A DNA stretch of 64,000 bases from the NCBI GenBank assembly GCA_949879765.1, contig CATLBQ010000002.1:79652-143651 (forward strand). Direction: 5' to 3'. How positions within the stretch are numbered: the stretch's first letter is position 1; every line of letters begins with the position of its first letter. This DNA is from an uncultured Bacilli bacterium (GTDB lineage: Bacteria; Bacillota_I; Bacilli_A; ML615J-28; CAG-313). Positions 59,849 to 64,000 of the stretch are shown piece by piece. A program made the translations under genes and the position numbers. The notes below the pieces were generated by a model. That model saw only the letters and a program-made list of their open reading frames with translations, did no database searches and was not told where the DNA came from.

Positions 59849-60415
59849 ATGAAAACATTTCAAAAAACATATAAAGAATTAATGGAGTATATTCCTCAGA
59901 CTGAAGAGGAAAAAGTGGATAAAGAATTAATAATGGATTATCTTGAACACTATGGTGAAAAGGCATTTTTACGTAGTTCATTGCCAGCACACTTGACTGC
60001 ATCTGCTCTGGTGGTGAATCACACTGCAGATAAAGTACTACTTGCATATCACTTGTTATATCAATCGTATGGCTGGCTTGGTGGGCATGCTGATGGTGAA
60101 TTTGATTTAGAATATGTGGCAAGAAAAGAATTGATGGAAGAATCAGGTCTTGAGCGTTTTCAATTAAAATATCATAGTATTGCATCAATTGAGGTGATTC
60201 ATGTCAATCGCCACATCAAAAAAGGAGAAATAGTTTCTGATCATTTACATTTAAATGTCACCTATCTATTTGAAGCAGATGAGACGGATGCGATTCGAAT
60301 AAAGGAAGATGAAAATTCGGCTATTCGTTGGGTAAAAATTGCAGACATGGATACAATAATAGAAGAAAAGTTTATGATTGGGATATATCAAAAAATATTG
60401 GGAAGGCTAAAGTGA
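59849..60415 (+). CDS. NUDIX hydrolase.
   Basis: Nudix box GGHADGEFDLEYVARKELMEESGL. RBS AAGGAG. Confidence 0.7.
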   Translation: MKTFQKTYKELMEYIPQTEEEKVDKELIMDYLEHYGEKAFLRSSLPAHLTASALVVNHTADKVLLAYHLLYQSYGWLGGHADGEFDLEYVARKELMEESGLERFQLKYHSIASIEVIHVNRHIKKGEIVSDHLHLNVTYLFEADETDAIRIKEDENSAIRWVKIADMDTIIEEKFMIGIYQKILGRLK

Positions 60416-60417
60416 AA

Positions 60418-61443
60418 ATGAACGTTGAAAATTTGTTTGCTTGGTATGATATGCATAAAAGAGATCTTCCTGGTAGGGGCATTACAGATCCGTATCGAAT
60501 TTGGATTAGCGAAATAATGGCGCAGCAAACTCGAATGGAAACTGTGAAAGGGTACTACGATCGCTTCTTAAAAGAACTGCCTAATGTTGAGAGTCTTGCG
60601 AATGTATCTGATGAAAGGCTAATGAAACTTTGGGAAGGGTTAGGGTACTATTCTAGAGCAAGAAATCTAAAACAAGCTGCTATCACTATAGTTGAGGAAT
60701 ATCAAGGAGTATTTCCAAAGACATATGATGAGGTAATCAAATTAAAAGGAATAGGCGAATATACAGCGGGTGCGATTTTGTCTAGAGCGTATGGATTACC
60801 TTATGCTTCGGTTGACGGAAACATATTGCGTGTATTGACTCGATATGAAATGAATCCTATAGATATTGCTAGTTCTGGTGCAAAGACGCATTATAAGAAA
60901 AGATTAGAAGAAATGAAAGTAGATCAATTTGGCAAACTGAATGAAGCGTTGATGGAACTAGGGGCAACAATTTGTATGCCTAAAGTAGCAAAATGCGAGT
61001 TGTGTCCTTTGTCTACAGATTGTCAAGGTCATCGTCACTCGTGCATATTTGATTATCCAGTTAAGACGAAAAAGACAAAGGTTATTGAAAATGAATATAC
61101 TTGTCTTTTTCTTTGTAATCCAAAAGATGAGATTTATCTAGAAAAAAAAGAAAAAGGATTACTCAAAGGATTGTATGCGCCTATTATCGTTGAAGGAAGC
61201 CTAGAAGAAGTGAATATTTATGATTATTTAAATCATATCGATATCAAGAGGATTGTTGAGTTAGCTCCCCAAAAGCATATATTTACACATCGCATTTGGT
61301 ATATGAGGGGATATTGGATACAATTAGAGCAATTCAAAGAAGGGCAACAAAAATTTTATTCCCTAGAGGAAATAGAAGAAAAAATAGGTGTATCTACTTG
61401 TTTTAGAAAATTTTTTGGTGAATTGAAAGAAAAAATGAAATAA
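60418..61443 (+). CDS. mutY: A/G-specific adenine DNA glycosylase MutY.
   Basis: HhH-GPD motif (LKGIGEYTAGAILS). 4Fe-4S motif CELCPLSTDC. C-terminal NUDIX-like domain. Confidence 0.8.
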   Translation: MNVENLFAWYDMHKRDLPGRGITDPYRIWISEIMAQQTRMETVKGYYDRFLKELPNVESLANVSDERLMKLWEGLGYYSRARNLKQAAITIVEEYQGVFPKTYDEVIKLKGIGEYTAGAILSRAYGLPYASVDGNILRVLTRYEMNPIDIASSGAKTHYKKRLEEMKVDQFGKLNEALMELGATICMPKVAKCELCPLSTDCQGHRHSCIFDYPVKTKKTKVIENEYTCLFLCNPKDEIYLEKKEKGLLKGLYAPIIVEGSLEEVNIYDYLNHIDIKRIVELAPQKHIFTHRIWYMRGYWIQLEQFKEGQQKFYSLEEIEEKIGVSTCFRKFFGELKEKMK

Positions 61444-61569
61444 TGCATAAATATAATCGCATTTCAGTGAAAATGCCTATTCCTTATATTATAGGAAACT
61501 ATCTGTATAAATACTATTTAAGGGGTGACAAAAACATATCTCTTAGCATATACTAAAAAAGGTGATGGG

Positions 61570-62487
61570 ATGAGAGTGTATGATAATGTTTGTGAATTGA
61601 TTGGAAAAACACCAATCGTGCGTTTAAAAAAAATGGAAAAAGAATATGCAATTACTTCGAAAATTTATGCTAAAATAGAAAAAAGCAATCCGGGAGGATC
61701 GATTAAAGATCGAGTAGCCTATCAAATGATCAAAGATGGCATAAAAGAAGGTAAAATTTCTCAAGATACTACAATCATTGAGGCGACAAGCGGAAATACT
61801 GGTGTAGGGCTTGCCATGGTTTGTGCATATTTTAATTTAAGATTGATTGTTCTTATGTCTGAAAACGCCTCTGAGGAAAGAAAAAAATTAGTGAAGGCGT
61901 ATGGAGGAGAGGTTATATTAACCCCAAAAGAAGAAGGAATTGAGGGGGCAATTCTCAAAGCAAAAGAATTAGAACAAGAGATAGGTAATGCTTATTATAT
62001 CAATCAATTCTTTAACGTAAGTAATCCATTGGTTCATTATTTTGATACAGCAGAAGAAATTTGGACAGATTTGGACGGTAAAGTAGATATGGTTATTATG
62101 GGAATGGGGTCGTCTGGAACGATTACTGGAATAGCCAAAAAATTAAAAATTAAAAACGAAAAAATAAAAATTATTGGTGTTGAACCAAGAGGCTGTCCGT
62201 TTTATTCGAAGGGAGAAATTGGGAATTGCAACTTGCCAGGAATTGGCACAACATTTTTACCAGGGGTTTTAGATACAGATGTCATTGATGAAATCATAAC
62301 AGTGGATGAAGAAGAAGCAAGAGCTGAGTGTTTGAAAGTGGCTAAATTAGAAGGTTTGTTTGTTGGTATTTCTTCGGGAGCGGTACTAACAGGGTTGAAA
62401 CAGATAATCAAAAAGGACATATTAAAGGAAAAAAATATTTTACTTATTTTTCCCGATACTGGTGAAAGATACTTATCTATACTATAA
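61570..62487 (+). CDS. cysK: Cysteine synthase A (O-acetylserine sulfhydrylase).
   Basis: LIGKTPIVRL, PLP-lysine region SNPGGSIKDR, TSGNTG, and GISSGA near the C-terminus. RBS AAAGGTGATGGG. Confidence 0.85.
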   Translation: MRVYDNVCELIGKTPIVRLKKMEKEYAITSKIYAKIEKSNPGGSIKDRVAYQMIKDGIKEGKISQDTTIIEATSGNTGVGLAMVCAYFNLRLIVLMSENASEERKKLVKAYGGEVILTPKEEGIEGAILKAKELEQEIGNAYYINQFFNVSNPLVHYFDTAEEIWTDLDGKVDMVIMGMGSSGTITGIAKKLKIKNEKIKIIGVEPRGCPFYSKGEIGNCNLPGIGTTFLPGVLDTDVIDEIITVDEEEARAECLKVAKLEGLFVGISSGAVLTGLKQIIKKDILKEKNILLIFPDTGERYLSIL

Positions 62488-62501
62488 GTTTTTCTTATAG
62501 T
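62473..62501 (+). other. A 12-bp perfect hairpin overlapping the cysK stop, with no 3' U-tract.
   Basis: CTATACTATAAG-TTTTT-CTTATAGTATAG. Confidence 0.5.
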
Positions 62502-62521
62502 ATAGATAAGGAGCAATATGC

Positions 62522-62550
62522 TAGACAGAAAAAAGAGAAAATGATATAAT
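62522..62550 (+). promoter_or_regulatory. rRNA operon promoter P0 (extended -10).
   Basis: TAGACA, 17-nt spacer, TGaTATAAT. Confidence 0.5.
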
Positions 62551-62606
62551 ATATGAGCTTTCTGATAGTAAAAGATGAACAATAAAAATATTAAAAAGCA
62601 AATAAA

Positions 62607-62635
62607 TAGACAAATATTGCGAAATTTAGTATAAT
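62607..62635 (+). promoter_or_regulatory. rRNA operon promoter P1.
   Basis: TAGACA, 17-nt spacer, TATAAT. Confidence 0.55.
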
Positions 62636-62690
62636 ATTAAAGCGCTTTGATAGAAGAAAGCAAAACGAAAAAATATAAAGTATCAAATTC

Positions 62691-62719
62691 TTGACAAAGA
62701 AAAAAGAATTTGGTATAAT
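62691..62719 (+). promoter_or_regulatory. rRNA operon promoter P2 (consensus).
   Basis: TTGACA, 17-nt spacer, TATAAT, about 80 nt upstream of the mature 16S 5' end. Confidence 0.65.
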
Positions 62720-62749
62720 ATATAGGATGCTTGAAAGAAGCAGGAAAAA

Positions 62750-62773
62750 TTGATCTTTGAAAACTAAACATAA
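62750..62773 (+). promoter_or_regulatory. rrn leader boxA antitermination element.
   Basis: TTGATCTTTGAAAACTAAACATAA matches the Firmicute boxA consensus (TGTTCTTTGAAAACTAAACAAG). Confidence 0.6.
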
Positions 62774-62797
62774 CAGGTGGAGCAAGGAAAAAAACTT

Positions 62798-64000
<1,203 letters not shown>

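Overview
This 64 kb window is low-GC chromosomal DNA from a Firmicute that uses the standard genetic code (UGA is a stop). The partial 16S rRNA at the right end looks Erysipelotrichia- or Mollicutes-like; that placement is by eye and needs an alignment to confirm. Almost everything is on the + strand and is densely packed core genome.

Gene content, left to right:
- The 3' part of adhE, fused without a terminator to a kinase, two small ferredoxins, a PAS-domain sensory [FeFe] hydrogenase, a PP2C phosphatase and a second [FeFe] hydrogenase-like gene (an hfs-like hydrogenase cassette).
- A hypothetical membrane protein, then topA.
- The SRP operon ftsY-ylxM-ffh, then mgtE.
- ruvA on the minus strand, divergent from ruvB-queA.
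- A cytidylate-kinase-like gene convergent with a zinc-ribbon membrane protein gene.
- The glycogen operon glgB-glgC-glgD-glgA-glgP, then pfkA.
- A 667-aa cell-surface protein, metG, an antiporter-like protein and a YitT-family protein.
- rplM-rpsI.
- The Bacillus-type cluster cysS-mrnC-rlmB-sigH-like-rpmG-secE-nusG-rplK-rplA-rplJ-rplL-ybxB-like-rpoB-rpoC. A tandem-GNAT gene is inserted between nusG and rplK.
- A priA homologue and fmt, then a yutG-like gene, sdaA, rlmD, a NUDIX gene, mutY and cysK.
- Three tandem rRNA promoters, a boxA element and the first ~1.2 kb of a 16S rRNA.

No mobile elements, CRISPR arrays or tRNAs were seen.

The observations most worth a second look:
- The hydrogenase cassette is physically fused to adhE in one apparent operon.
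- The PriA homologue has lost its Walker A, Walker B and motif III residues.
- ruvA lies in an inverted ~0.6 kb cassette flanked by near-identical 11-bp repeats, with a strong orphan + strand promoter at its 3' end.
- The two ferredoxin paralogues share a 32-nt stretch that looks like gene conversion.
- rpoB and rpoC have matched TTG start contexts.

All calls rest on reading the ORF translations and motifs by eye. No database search was run.
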